Counted from the stretch's first letter, positions 48,758 through 59,013 are shown. The stretch: DNA of 64,000 nt from Candidatus Woesebacteria bacterium (GCA_013374835.1 CP055307.1:146622-210621), one strand, 5' to 3'. Numbers and translations: made by a program. Notes: generated by a model not told the origin, from the letters alone.

Positions 48758-49728
48758 TAGCTCTGCGTTTAACAATAATATTTATCTTTTCCTTTTTATT
48801 AATTAAATCATCGGAACTTGTTATAATCTCACTCAAAAAAATTAGCGCCAAAACAAAAACAGGTGTTTTCGCCCTCTCGGCAATCATTATGGCAATAGGG
48901 ACATCTCTTCCCGAGCTTTTTTTGGGAATAACTGCGGCTCTCGACGGCTCACCAAATTTATCTCTTGGAAACGTAATTGGGGCAAATATAGCAAACATAA
49001 CCCTTGTCGCAGGTATCTCTGCTCTAGCCTTTGCAAAAAGCGTTCACATACGCAAAGACTATCTTCACAAAGACGTTGGCATCGCACTAATTGCCGGTAT
49101 AGCACCGATAATTCTAATATTTGATAAATCCCTTAGCAGGGTTGATGGGCTTGTTCTCCTTTCGGTTTACGGCATATACGCAACAAGCATTTTCAAAAAG
49201 CGCTACGTCGAAATAGCTAAAGGTAACGAAGTTAGCGACTATTTTCACAAAATTCTGCGAAGTATTCCCATATTCGACGGCAAAAACACAAAAGAATTAG
49301 GAAGATTATTCTTAGGAATAGCCCTTCTTTTGTTTTCTGGAAATATTATAGTAGAAAATGCAGAATGGATAGCTCATGCCACAAATATACCAATCTTTCT
49401 TGTGGGCTTGATAATACTCTCAATAGGCACAACGCTTCCCGAAATCGCATTTTCCGCCAAATCCCTGCGCGACCACGAGCCCTCAATGTTTCTCGGCAAT
49501 CTTCTGGGCTCAATAATTGCAAATTCAACCTTTGTGATAGGCTTGGTAGCGGTAATCTCACCCATAAAAATACAAGCATTTCAAGACTACACCGTCGCGG
49601 CATGCACATTTTTATTAGTTTTTCTGCTTTTTTGGTTCTTTATTAAAAGCAAGCATCGCCTTGACCGCTGGGAAGCCTTCCTCCTTTTAACTCTTTACAT
49701 AATATTTGTTTTTTTGGAATTCATGTAA
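48754..49728 (+). CDS. Sodium/calcium exchanger family antiporter
   Basis: Two alpha repeats GTSLPE and GTTLPE with GN..G..IAN. Confidence 0.92.
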   Translation: MIALRLTIIFIFSFLLIKSSELVIISLKKISAKTKTGVFALSAIIMAIGTSLPELFLGITAALDGSPNLSLGNVIGANIANITLVAGISALAFAKSVHIRKDYLHKDVGIALIAGIAPIILIFDKSLSRVDGLVLLSVYGIYATSIFKKRYVEIAKGNEVSDYFHKILRSIPIFDGKNTKELGRLFLGIALLLFSGNIIVENAEWIAHATNIPIFLVGLIILSIGTTLPEIAFSAKSLRDHEPSMFLGNLLGSIIANSTFVIGLVAVISPIKIQAFQDYTVAACTFLLVFLLFWFFIKSKHRLDRWEAFLLLTLYIIFVFLEFM

Positions 49729-49737
49729 AATAAACTA

Positions 49738-51081
49738 ATGGAGAATAGTTTACCCGGCGAGACAGTGATTCCTCAATCAACTCAAAACCTGGGAAATACT
49801 GAACAAGGTGCGGGTTCCAGCAAAAAAGAAGCCTTAAACAATCTAAAAAAAGCGCTTGAAAATTTAAAAACAAATAATAATGAAGTCGACGCTTATCTAG
49901 AAATATGGAAAGCACAAAGGGGTATAGAAGAGATTTATCAAAGAGAAAGTCTGGGAATAAAAAGTCCTCTTTCTCCAGAAAAAGAAAAAAAAAGGATTGA
50001 AGAGTTTAATAACGAAATAGATTGTCTTAGGCAAGAATATACAAATAACCCCGATAAGTATGAGTCCTTCAAGAAAATTGTAGATGAGCGCTCAAAAAAA
50101 ATGATCGCAAGGCTCGAAAACGACCTTAATAGGATGCCGGAAAAGAATTTTCAACAGGAAGCAAGTATCTTCTTAAGAGAAAATTTTGAGACAGCCTTAA
50201 GGCGTGCACAAGCTATTTCACCAAACCATAGTCTTAAAGAAAATATAAACAATATTGAAATGAGTTTATTAAGGCTTTTTGCAGAAAACAAGCTTGATCG
50301 TTACACAAAGCTTCTTGCCAATATTAACAAAGGTAATAATGTTGATGAAGACGATCTTAGCAATGCCCGCAGTAGTGTAGAGCAATACCTGCAAGAAAAT
50401 AATGAATTTGCAAAAATGTTTATACGTCGCTTAAGAGCTCTAAATAAACTATTTGATGAAGCCGAGAAGGAAAGCCAAGAACAAAGTTCCAAGAGCTATG
50501 GACCCCCCAGATGGTTTTCCGAAGTAAGAGAAAAACCAACCCCTCAGCCTTCATCTCAAACACCTGCTCCAAAGCCTCAAATTCCGGACATCGGCGCGCC
50601 AAAACATAGAGCCGATGAAATAACCGAGGAAGAAGCACGTTTTGATCAAGAAGTAGCAAAAATAATAGAACAAGAAAAAGGCAACGCCAAAGCCATTGCC
50701 AAAAAGCTTCAAAAAGCTTCTGAAAAAGTTGACCGGTTCATGTTTTCAAAAAATTCCCAAAAAAGGCAAAAAGCACTTAATGAGCACCTGGTGCTTCTGG
50801 AAGCTTTTAGAAGTCTAAACTTTACTCACGAAAATTATAATAACACTGATATTTCATCTTTTCTCAAGTTGCACGCTGATCTTCATAAATTTGTCGCAGA
50901 TTTTAACCACCTCAGAATTACCAAAAAAGACGTGCGAAAATTTTTTCCAAGGCTCAAGATATTAAGAAGTAAGCCCAAACCCAGCGAACAAGATAAACTA
51001 ATAAAAATATCCTATTACATTCAAAATAAAAAAGCACGAAAAGATAAAGCGAAAATTGTTAAAAATTTAAAAGAAAAGTGA
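49738..51081 (+). CDS. Hypothetical coiled-coil protein
   Basis: 447-aa charged helical ORF with a central Pro-rich linker; no recognised motif. Confidence 0.6.
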   Translation: MENSLPGETVIPQSTQNLGNTEQGAGSSKKEALNNLKKALENLKTNNNEVDAYLEIWKAQRGIEEIYQRESLGIKSPLSPEKEKKRIEEFNNEIDCLRQEYTNNPDKYESFKKIVDERSKKMIARLENDLNRMPEKNFQQEASIFLRENFETALRRAQAISPNHSLKENINNIEMSLLRLFAENKLDRYTKLLANINKGNNVDEDDLSNARSSVEQYLQENNEFAKMFIRRLRALNKLFDEAEKESQEQSSKSYGPPRWFSEVREKPTPQPSSQTPAPKPQIPDIGAPKHRADEITEEEARFDQEVAKIIEQEKGNAKAIAKKLQKASEKVDRFMFSKNSQKRQKALNEHLVLLEAFRSLNFTHENYNNTDISSFLKLHADLHKFVADFNHLRITKKDVRKFFPRLKILRSKPKPSEQDKLIKISYYIQNKKARKDKAKIVKNLKEK

Positions 51082-51110
51082 TATTATAAATTAAGGGAGG
51101 TGATTAGTTA

Positions 51111-51437
51111 ATGGCAGCAAAAGAAACTCAAACAGGCTTGAAAAAAGAAACAGCCGCGGCACTATCCTACGTTTTAGGGCCAATTACAGGTGTAATTTTT
51201 TTGATAATGGAAAAAGATCCATTTGTTCGCTTCCATTCAATGCAATCTATAGTTTTTAGCGTTGCAGTTTTGATTATCAATACTCTTTTAACGGTTACCG
51301 TGGTACTTGCTCTTTTACTTCCCGTCCTTTTTCTTTTAGAGTTTGCTCTTTGGTTAATGCTTATCTATAAAGCTTCACAGGGAGTAGAGTGGGAATTGCC
51401 GATTTTAGGTACATATACCAAAAAGTTTCTGAAGTAA
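51111..51437 (+). CDS. DUF4870-like membrane protein
   Basis: AALSY....TG..F...EKD.FVRFH..QS; strong SD GGGAGGTGA. Confidence 0.8.
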   Translation: MAAKETQTGLKKETAAALSYVLGPITGVIFLIMEKDPFVRFHSMQSIVFSVAVLIINTLLTVTVVLALLLPVLFLLEFALWLMLIYKASQGVEWELPILGTYTKKFLK

Positions 51438-51465
51438 ATTGGCAAAAAAGTGCTAAAATTGCTCA

Positions 51466-51933
51466 ATGAAACTTTTAATAGGTCTTGGAAATCCCGGTAA
51501 AAAATATGTACTAAATCGTCACAATGTAGGTTATATGGCAATTGACTGGCTAAAAAGGAATAATCTGTCAAGCAGTTTCATTCTCAAAAAATCAGGAGTT
51601 TTTATGAATTCCTCCGGAACGGCAGTCAAAAAACTAATCAATTATTATTCATTAGACACCAATAATTTATACGTTGTTTACGACGATCTTGATATCCCCC
51701 TCGGAAAATTTAAAATACAAAAAGGAACAGGTCCCAAAAACCATAAAGGTTTAAACTCAATCTATAGCACTCTTAATACCAAAGATTTTTGGCACATAAG
51801 AATAGGGGTGGATAATAGAATTCCCTCCCAAAAAGTACCGGGTGAAGATTATGTTCTTTCGGATTTTACAAACGAAGAAAAACTTTTACTTAATAAAACT
51901 TTTACCAATCTCAGTAAAGAATTGGCCAAATGA
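51466..51933 (+). CDS. pth: Peptidyl-tRNA hydrolase (compact)
   Basis: GLGNPG..Y..NRHNVG, FMNSSG, DDLDIPLG, HKGL, IRIGV. Confidence 0.93.
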   Translation: MKLLIGLGNPGKKYVLNRHNVGYMAIDWLKRNNLSSSFILKKSGVFMNSSGTAVKKLINYYSLDTNNLYVVYDDLDIPLGKFKIQKGTGPKNHKGLNSIYSTLNTKDFWHIRIGVDNRIPSQKVPGEDYVLSDFTNEEKLLLNKTFTNLSKELAK

Positions 51934-52232
51934 GCGACAAAACTTTTACAAAACTCAAAGACATCCTTAAAGATTATAAAACCGAAGAAGATAAATATAT
52001 ATCCCGTGAGTTTCAAAAATATGGTTATGACTTGGCAGAGGAGCTTGGAGACCTAAAACACAAAGCCCTCTACATAAAGCTCGCCAAAGAAACTCCAAGA
52101 GGGCTTTTAGAGGCAGCAAGAAGCTTTGTCAAAGATGCCGAAAACGCCAAAAACAAAGGAGCACTTTTTATGTGGAAACTTGCTGAATTGAAAAAAAGCG
52201 AGTTTACACATAAAAGGAGCGCAGGTGATTAA
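51930..52232 (+). CDS. Hypothetical protein
   Basis: 100-aa ORF overlapping both neighbours. Confidence 0.6.
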   Translation: MSDKTFTKLKDILKDYKTEEDKYISREFQKYGYDLAEELGDLKHKALYIKLAKETPRGLLEAARSFVKDAENAKNKGALFMWKLAELKKSEFTHKRSAGD

Positions 52233-52536
52233 AAATAATCTTTATCAAAAAGTATATGAAACAGTAAAAAAAATTCCGCCCGGAAAAGTGGTAACCTATG
52301 GTCAAATAGCAAAAATGTTGGGAACACGGGACGCAAGGCGGGTAGGCCACGCTCTTCATGCAAATAAAGATCCGCTTGTTCCCTGTCACAGAGTGGTGGA
52401 TAAAAGCGGTCGTTTAGCGGCAAACTTCGCCTTTGAAGGATCTAAAGAACAAGCAAGAAGACTAATAAAAGAGGGTGTAGCGCTAACTGATGAAATGCAC
52501 GTAGATTTAAATCTTTATTTATGGAAAAAGCTTTAG
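52225..52536 (+). CDS. MGMT-family O6-alkylguanine DNA alkyltransferase (C-terminal domain only)
   Basis: IPPGKVVTYGQIA, ARRVG, VPCHRVV. Confidence 0.9.
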   Translation: MIKNNLYQKVYETVKKIPPGKVVTYGQIAKMLGTRDARRVGHALHANKDPLVPCHRVVDKSGRLAANFAFEGSKEQARRLIKEGVALTDEMHVDLNLYLWKKL

Positions 52537-52805
52537 CATCCAAAAAATTATTAATTAAAGGCAGAGTTCAGGCTGTCTTCTATCGAGCTTGGCTCAAAAA
52601 AAACGCCGAAAATGCAAAAATCACCGGTTGGGTTAAGAATCTTTCCGACGGCAGCGTAGAGGCAGTTCTCCAAGGAGATAAAGAAAAAGTAGATAATCTT
52701 ATTAAAAAATGCCGTCAAGGCCCGCCTCTGGCAAGAGTTGACGAAATTATTATTAAAAAAGCACGCTTGGACAAATCCTTGAAAAGTTTTAGAGTGAAAA
52801 GTTAA
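52521..52805 (+). CDS. acyP: Acylphosphatase
   Basis: GRVQAVFYR, GWVKNLSDGSVE, GPPLARV. Confidence 0.9.
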   Translation: MEKALASKKLLIKGRVQAVFYRAWLKKNAENAKITGWVKNLSDGSVEAVLQGDKEKVDNLIKKCRQGPPLARVDEIIIKKARLDKSLKSFRVKS

Positions 52806-52807
52806 AT

Positions 52808-53101
52808 TTATTTTTTTCCAAAAATTCGAGCAAAAAGTCCAACTCTTTTTGTTTCTGTTGACCCAGCAACTGGTTTTTCGGGCTGATTAGAACTTCCGGG
52901 GACATGACGATAGGTATTTGCAGGTGGTTGATTACTTAAATCAGGCCTGCTTCCCGGCGGTTCTACAACCCCTCGTTCCCTATCAGCCCATTCATTAATT
53001 ATTGTATTGGGAGATCTGGGATTACCAGGTTTTTCGGCTAAATAGCCATTTTCTATAGGAGGAGCTCCTCCAGGGGTAGAGGATTGGGATTCTTCTTCCA
53101 T
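52808..53101 (-). CDS. Disordered protein with C-terminal amphipathic helix
   Basis: Pro/Ser/Glu-rich; ends KRVGLFARIFGKK. Confidence 0.55.
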   Translation of the reverse strand: MEEESQSSTPGGAPPIENGYLAEKPGNPRSPNTIINEWADRERGVVEPPGSRPDLSNQPPANTYRHVPGSSNQPEKPVAGSTETKRVGLFARIFGKK

Positions 53102-53194
53102 ATAATTACTTAATCACAATTGCCCAACTATTGTCAACTAATCCTTGAATCTTGCCTCCGAAAAGTTTAAAAATAATTAAGGCGTCTAAAACAC

Positions 53195-53734
53195 ATGTTG
53201 AAAAAAGAAATCACCTTCCACTTGCTTTTTTTATTAATCTTTTTCGCAATCACGACGCTTATTAAGCGTTGGTTCGTAAGCCCCGTGTTTTTACTCTTTT
53301 GGCTCGGGGGAATATTTGGTACATTTCTACCTAATCTGGACCATGCTATCTATGCATTTTTCTTACGCCCGCACGAGCTTACTAGTCAAAGATTTGTAGC
53401 TTTTATCAAAAACCGTAAATTTATCGAAGCTTTAGCGCTCATGCAAACCACAAGAGACGAAAGGCAAAAATTAATTTTTCACTCAAGCCTTTTTCAGATA
53501 TTTTTTGTTATATTTGCATTCTGGGTTATCAGCTCCTCGGGAAGTTTGTTTGGAAGGGGTTTGGTAACGGCATTTTTAATACATCTTTTTGTCGATCAGG
53601 CGCAGGATTTCCAAAAAAGAGGCAATATTAAAAATTGGTTTCAGGGTATAAATCTTAACCTCACAAAAGATCAAGAAGTATTGTATCTTGTGTCTAACCT
53701 TCTCATCATCCTTGTCGTGAGCTTTCTTTTCTAG
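53195..53734 (+). CDS. Membrane protein, possible metal-dependent hydrolase (YdjM-like)
   Basis: LPNLDH, FHS and HLFVD motifs in TM context. Confidence 0.55.
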   Translation: MLKKEITFHLLFLLIFFAITTLIKRWFVSPVFLLFWLGGIFGTFLPNLDHAIYAFFLRPHELTSQRFVAFIKNRKFIEALALMQTTRDERQKLIFHSSLFQIFFVIFAFWVISSSGSLFGRGLVTAFLIHLFVDQAQDFQKRGNIKNWFQGINLNLTKDQEVLYLVSNLLIILVVSFLF

Positions 53735-53811
53735 CGCAAGTGGTCTATATTAAGTTAAGGTCATAATTTGCATTTGGCCTAAGGTATTAAATGAAATAAA
53801 TTTAGCTCTAT

Positions 53812-55020
53812 ATGAAAGTCTTGATGTTCGGCTGGGAATTTCCGCCCCATAATAGCGGCGGTCTTGGAGTAGCCTGTCAGGGTCTTGCAAAGGCTCTTGG
53901 ACAATACGCTGATTTAATTTTCGTTTTACCCAAAAAGCTAGATATAAAACCAAATGGAAAATTTAAATTAATTAGCGCGGACATAGAAAACATCTCCCTA
54001 AAATTTATTAATAGTACGCTTATTCCTTATATTACATCGGAAAAATACTACGGATTGAATCGAAACAAAAAATTAGTTTACGGACAAACGCTTTTCGAAG
54101 AAGTAGAAAGGTACGCGGAACTAGCCGGAGAAATTGCCAAAAAAGAGAACTTTGATATAATACACGCGCACGATTGGCTAAGCTTTGGTGCAGGAATAAG
54201 TGCCAAAAAGGCAAGCGGCAAGCCCTTTGTTGCTCACATCCATGCAACCGAAATAGACAGAACAGGTGGAAACATAAATAAACAAATCTACGAAAAAGAA
54301 AAAGAAGGCTTGGAATACGCAGACCGCATAATTTCTGTAAGTGAATTTACCAAAAACATTCTTCTTAATCACTACCAAATACACCCTGAAAAGATAGAAG
54401 TTGTACACAACGGTATCGACTTGGCAAATTATAACCTTTCTGTAAATACAGACTTAGGCTTGAAAAAGCTCAAAAGTTTAGGTTTCAAAATAGTCCTTTT
54501 TGTAGGGAGAATAACAATTATGAAAGGACCGGACTATTTCGTCCGCGCAGCGCAAAAAGTATTGAAGTATAACCCCAAAACACTTTTTGTCATGGTCGGA
54601 TCAGGGGATATGGAAGGCCAAATTATTGATCAGGTGGCAGATCTTGGAATTTCGGATAAATTCTTCTTTACGGGCTTTCTAAGAGGCGCTGATTTATCAA
54701 AAGCGTTTAAAGCAGCGGATCTCTTTGTTATGCCTTCAATTTCCGAGCCGTTTGGTCTTACCGCTCTTGAATCGCTTATTCACAAAACCCCAGCAATTGT
54801 TTCAAAGCAATCCGGAGTATCGGAGGTATTAAACCAGGTAATGAAAGTTGATTTTTGGGATACTGATGAAATGGCAGATAAGATTTTATCCGTTCTAAAA
54901 TACAAAAGCCTGCATAAAGAAATGAGCAAAAATGGTGAAAAAGAAGCGAGCTTTTGTTCCTGGGAGAGCGCTGCGCAAAAATGTATTACTATTTATAATA
55001 GATTAGTCATTAATCATTAG
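53812..55020 (+). CDS. GT4 glycosyltransferase (putative alpha-glucan/glycogen synthase)
   Basis: GWEFPP..SGGLG, HAHDW, HATE, KGPDYF, SEPFGL..LE. Confidence 0.9.
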   Translation: MKVLMFGWEFPPHNSGGLGVACQGLAKALGQYADLIFVLPKKLDIKPNGKFKLISADIENISLKFINSTLIPYITSEKYYGLNRNKKLVYGQTLFEEVERYAELAGEIAKKENFDIIHAHDWLSFGAGISAKKASGKPFVAHIHATEIDRTGGNINKQIYEKEKEGLEYADRIISVSEFTKNILLNHYQIHPEKIEVVHNGIDLANYNLSVNTDLGLKKLKSLGFKIVLFVGRITIMKGPDYFVRAAQKVLKYNPKTLFVMVGSGDMEGQIIDQVADLGISDKFFFTGFLRGADLSKAFKAADLFVMPSISEPFGLTALESLIHKTPAIVSKQSGVSEVLNQVMKVDFWDTDEMADKILSVLKYKSLHKEMSKNGEKEASFCSWESAAQKCITIYNRLVINH

Positions 55021-55034
55021 TCATTAATTATTTA
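55000..55034 (+). repeat. Heptamer tandem repeat spanning the GT4 stop codon
   Basis: AGATTAG TCATTAA TCATTAG TCATTAA TTATTTA. Confidence 0.7.
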
Positions 55035-55038
55035 AGCT

Positions 55039-56235
55039 ATGAGCTCAATCTGCATTTATTTCCAAGTCCACCAGCCAAGAAGAATCAAAAGGTTTAGAAT
55101 TTTTGATATCGGTAAAGAGGAGGATTACTTTGAAGACGATTCTGACACAAACCTAAACAATAAAAAAATTATCGAAAAAGTAGCTTCAAAGTGCTATATC
55201 CCCACAAATTATTTGCTCCTTAATCTTTTAAATAAATATCCTGATTTCAAAGTATCCTTTTCCTTTTCTGGCCTTGTACTCGAGCAGCTAAAAGAGTATT
55301 CACCCAAAGCACTAAGTTCCTTTCAGGATTTAGTGGCCACAAAAAAAGTGGAGCTTTTAAGCGAAACATATTATCACTCTCTCTCTTTTTTGTTTTCAGA
55401 AGAGGAATTTAAAAGCCAAGTTGTTCTCCACAAAAATATTATTAAAAAATTTTTTGACGTAACACCCAAGGTTTTTAGAAATACAGAGCTAATTTACAAT
55501 AATGACCTTGCAAAACTCGTAGAAAAGATGGGTTATAAAGGTATCTTGGCGGAGGGTGCGGATAACATTTTAGGCTGGAAAAGCCCGAATTTTATATATA
55601 AGCCAAAGGATGCAGATATCGCGCTTCTTCTTAAAAACTATCGTCTCTCGGACGACATTGCGTTCAGGTTTTCCGAAAAATCTTGGAAAGAATATCCGCT
55701 TACAGCAGAAAAATTTGCGAGTTGGATAAATGCAGTTAATGGTAACGGAGAAGTAATAAATCTTTTTATGGATTACGAAACTTTCGGTGAACATCAATGG
55801 GAAGACACGGGCATTTTTAAATTTCTAGAGAAACTTCCCTCAGAAATTCTAAAACATCCGGACAATGACTTTGTAACGCCTAGCGAAGCGATCAAAAGAT
55901 ACAAACCCAAAGACGAGCTTGATATACAGGAGTTTATATCTTGGGCAGACGTAGAAAGAGATCTCTCCGCCTGGCTTTCAAACTCAATGCAAAAAGACGC
56001 TATCGACAAGCTCTATTCTTTAAGGGAAAAGGTAATGAATTCGAAAAACGAAAGTTTGATCAGAGATTGGAGACTGCTTACGGCTTCCGACCACTTCTAT
56101 TATATGTGCACCAAATGGTTTGCGGACGGAGATGTACATAAATATTTTAACCCCTACGATACTCCGTATGACGCGTTTCGCTATTTTATGAACGTTTTTA
56201 CCGATCTAAAGCTTCGTGTTAATAAAAAACAATGA
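55039..56235 (+). CDS. Glycoside hydrolase family 57 (alpha-amylase-like)
   Basis: FQVHQP, ETYYHSL, FRNTEL, DYETFGEH, SWAD, SDHFYYM. Confidence 0.93.
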   Translation: MSSICIYFQVHQPRRIKRFRIFDIGKEEDYFEDDSDTNLNNKKIIEKVASKCYIPTNYLLLNLLNKYPDFKVSFSFSGLVLEQLKEYSPKALSSFQDLVATKKVELLSETYYHSLSFLFSEEEFKSQVVLHKNIIKKFFDVTPKVFRNTELIYNNDLAKLVEKMGYKGILAEGADNILGWKSPNFIYKPKDADIALLLKNYRLSDDIAFRFSEKSWKEYPLTAEKFASWINAVNGNGEVINLFMDYETFGEHQWEDTGIFKFLEKLPSEILKHPDNDFVTPSEAIKRYKPKDELDIQEFISWADVERDLSAWLSNSMQKDAIDKLYSLREKVMNSKNESLIRDWRLLTASDHFYYMCTKWFADGDVHKYFNPYDTPYDAFRYFMNVFTDLKLRVNKKQ

Positions 56236-58187
56236 GTAGATCACTAGTACTTGGAAACGGCAGCATCCTGGTAGGAATCGATAATTACGCCCGGATAAGG
56301 GATTTCTATTTCGATTATGTTGGACTTGAAAATCACATGGGAGAAAATTCGCTTAATAAGATCGGGGTTTTTGTGGACGAAAAAATAAGCTGGCTTGATT
56401 CCGGAGAATGGGAAATAATTATTGACTACAAGCCGGAAACACTGGCAGGAAGCATTACAGCAATCAACGAATCATTGGAAATAGAGCTTTATTTTCTCGA
56501 TGTTGTTTATAACGAAAAAAATATTTTTCTGCGCGAAATAACTGTTAAAAATCTTGCCAAAAGGGCAAGAAACATTAAAGTTTTTTTAAACCATCAATTC
56601 AGGATGTACGGAATCGAAAAAAAAGACACGGTTTATTTTGATCCCGAAGACGAGGTAATTATCCACTATAAAGGCAGAAGAGTTTCTTTAATTGGTGGAG
56701 TAATGGATGATAAAAATGGTTTTTCCGATTATAGTGTAGGTCTTTCTGGTATAGAGGGCAGGGAAGGAACATGGATGGACGCGGAAGATGGGTCTTTACA
56801 AAAAAACGGAATAGAGCACGGCTCTGTAGATTCAACAATAGCCTTTGAAAAAAACGCGGATTCAAACGCAAGCTTTTCGTTTATAGTCTGGGTAGCTTTT
56901 GCAAAAACCCTCGATAGTGTCAAAAAAATCAATCTATACATTCTTAAAAAAACTCCCGAACACCTTCTTGAATCAACCCAAGACTTCTGGCATGCATGGC
57001 TGAACAAAACAAATTTTGACTTTTGTGACCTTGATAAAGAAATAGTCGATCTTTTTAAAAAATCTCTCCTTATTATGCGCACACACGTTGACAATACAGG
57101 TGCAATAATTGCATCAGGAGACTCAGAACTTCTTCGATACGGTCGGGATAATTATTCATATGTCTGGACTAGAGATGCGGCACAAGTGGCTTTAGCCTTC
57201 GACATGGCTGGTTATCAGGAAGTATCAAGAAAATTTTTTGAATTCGCAAACGAGGTAATAAGCGAGGAGGGTTACTTCTTCCATCGCTATCGCTGCGACA
57301 AATCATTAGGCAGCTCATGGCATCCATGGATTTCGGACGGTCGCCGCCAACTTCCTATCCAAGAAGACGAAACAGCTCTTGTAATCTACGCACTCTGGAA
57401 GCACTATGAGAATACAAAAAATCTTGAATTTATAGAAAGCATTTACAATTCACTTATCAAAAAAGCATCAAATTTTATGCTCGGCTTTAGGAATGAACTT
57501 AAATTACCCTTTCCAAGCTACGATCTCTGGGAAATGAAATACGGAATAAACACCTTCACATCAGCCTCGGTTTATGCTGCCTTAACAGCAGCCTCAGAAT
57601 TTGCAAAACTTCTTGGTAAAGAAAACGATGAAAAGTTATTCCGTCAAGGTGCCGATGAGCTAAAAGGGGCGATTGCTAAATATCTTTATAACGATAATAC
57701 CAGCTACTTTTATAAACTTATAGACATTGTAGAGGGAAATATAATCCACGATGAAACCATTGATTCAAGTAGCCTTCACGGAATATCTTTTTTTGAAGTC
57801 CTTCCAATAAATGACAGCAAATTAGAAGAAGCATACAAGGTTTTTAATTCACACCTAAGTTGTAACAGCGGGGTGGGTGGCATTGCCAGGTTTGAAAACG
57901 ATGAATATTTTAAAGATCCAAACACCCCCTGTCCGGGCAATCCTTGGTTTATAACTACGCTTTGGAAAGCACAATACGAAATCAAAAAAGCACAAAGCAA
58001 TAAAAATCTCAAAGAAGCTAAAGAAATTCTAAAATGGGTTACAAATAAAGCGCTTTTTTCAGGTATTCTTTCCGAACAAATTCATTGGGCAAACGGCAAC
58101 CAGCTTTCAGCTTCTCCTTTAGTTTGGAGCCATGCGGAATTTGTAATAACTATATTAATGTATATAAATAAATATGACAAAACTTAA
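56232..58187 (+). CDS. Glycoside hydrolase family 15 (glucoamylase-like)
   Basis: GAIIAS, YSYVWTRD, QEDET, DLWE, SEQ, PLVWSHA. Confidence 0.93.
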   Translation: MSRSLVLGNGSILVGIDNYARIRDFYFDYVGLENHMGENSLNKIGVFVDEKISWLDSGEWEIIIDYKPETLAGSITAINESLEIELYFLDVVYNEKNIFLREITVKNLAKRARNIKVFLNHQFRMYGIEKKDTVYFDPEDEVIIHYKGRRVSLIGGVMDDKNGFSDYSVGLSGIEGREGTWMDAEDGSLQKNGIEHGSVDSTIAFEKNADSNASFSFIVWVAFAKTLDSVKKINLYILKKTPEHLLESTQDFWHAWLNKTNFDFCDLDKEIVDLFKKSLLIMRTHVDNTGAIIASGDSELLRYGRDNYSYVWTRDAAQVALAFDMAGYQEVSRKFFEFANEVISEEGYFFHRYRCDKSLGSSWHPWISDGRRQLPIQEDETALVIYALWKHYENTKNLEFIESIYNSLIKKASNFMLGFRNELKLPFPSYDLWEMKYGINTFTSASVYAALTAASEFAKLLGKENDEKLFRQGADELKGAIAKYLYNDNTSYFYKLIDIVEGNIIHDETIDSSSLHGISFFEVLPINDSKLEEAYKVFNSHLSCNSGVGGIARFENDEYFKDPNTPCPGNPWFITTLWKAQYEIKKAQSNKNLKEAKEILKWVTNKALFSGILSEQIHWANGNQLSASPLVWSHAEFVITILMYINKYDKT

Positions 58188-59013
58188 TTTGCCGTATCTT
58201 CTGATTGATATAGGAGGATCTTATACAAGACTTACGGTGAGCAAAAACAGCATAAGTTTTGTTGAGCCGGAAGTTTTTAAAACGCCCAAAAATTTCAGCA
58301 AAGCCGTTAAAAAAATAAAATTGCATGCCGATAAATGTTTGGGAAATGAAAAACCGGGCATTGTTGTCGTGGGAGTAGCAGGTCCGTTAAACTCGGATAA
58401 AAGCGCTCTTACAAACCCCCCAAATCTTAAGGCCTGGAGCGGTAAACCCCTTCAAAACAAACTTTCAAATATATTTGGTACACAGGTATTTCTAGAAAAC
58501 GATGCAGCAATAGTTGGCCTTGGCGAAGCGTCAAAGGGAGCAGGAGTAAATTACTCAATAGTTTCATATATTACCGTAAGTACAGGAATAAATGGAGCAC
58601 GAATAATTGATAAGAAAATAGACAGAAACGCTCAAGGGTTTGAAATAGGCCACCACATAATAGACGTTGATAAATCTATTCTTAAAAAATCCAAAGGAGA
58701 ACTTGAAGACTTTATCTCAGGCCGGGAAATTAAAAAAAGATTTGATAAAGACCCTTTTGAGATCGAAGATAATACCGTTTGGTCCGAGGTGGCAAAATTT
58801 TTAGCTGTTGGTATCCATAACACGATTCTTTTTTGGTCTCCCGAAGTTGTAGTTCTCGGCGGAAGCTTAATGAAAAAAATTAGCTTAAGTGAAACAAAAA
58901 AGGAATTAGAAAAAGTTATGAAAATACACCCTAAGCTACCCGAAATTAAAAAAGCCCAGCTAGGAAATTTCGGAGGACTCTGGGGTGCGCTTGAATACGC
59001 CAAATCCCTATGA
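58174..59013 (+). CDS. ROK family sugar kinase (glucokinase-like)
   Basis: DIGGS, ENDA...GLGE, STGING, EIGH, VVLGGS. Confidence 0.9.
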   Translation: MTKLNLPYLLIDIGGSYTRLTVSKNSISFVEPEVFKTPKNFSKAVKKIKLHADKCLGNEKPGIVVVGVAGPLNSDKSALTNPPNLKAWSGKPLQNKLSNIFGTQVFLENDAAIVGLGEASKGAGVNYSIVSYITVSTGINGARIIDKKIDRNAQGFEIGHHIIDVDKSILKKSKGELEDFISGREIKKRFDKDPFEIEDNTVWSEVAKFLAVGIHNTILFWSPEVVVLGGSLMKKISLSETKKELEKVMKIHPKLPEIKKAQLGNFGGLWGALEYAKSL

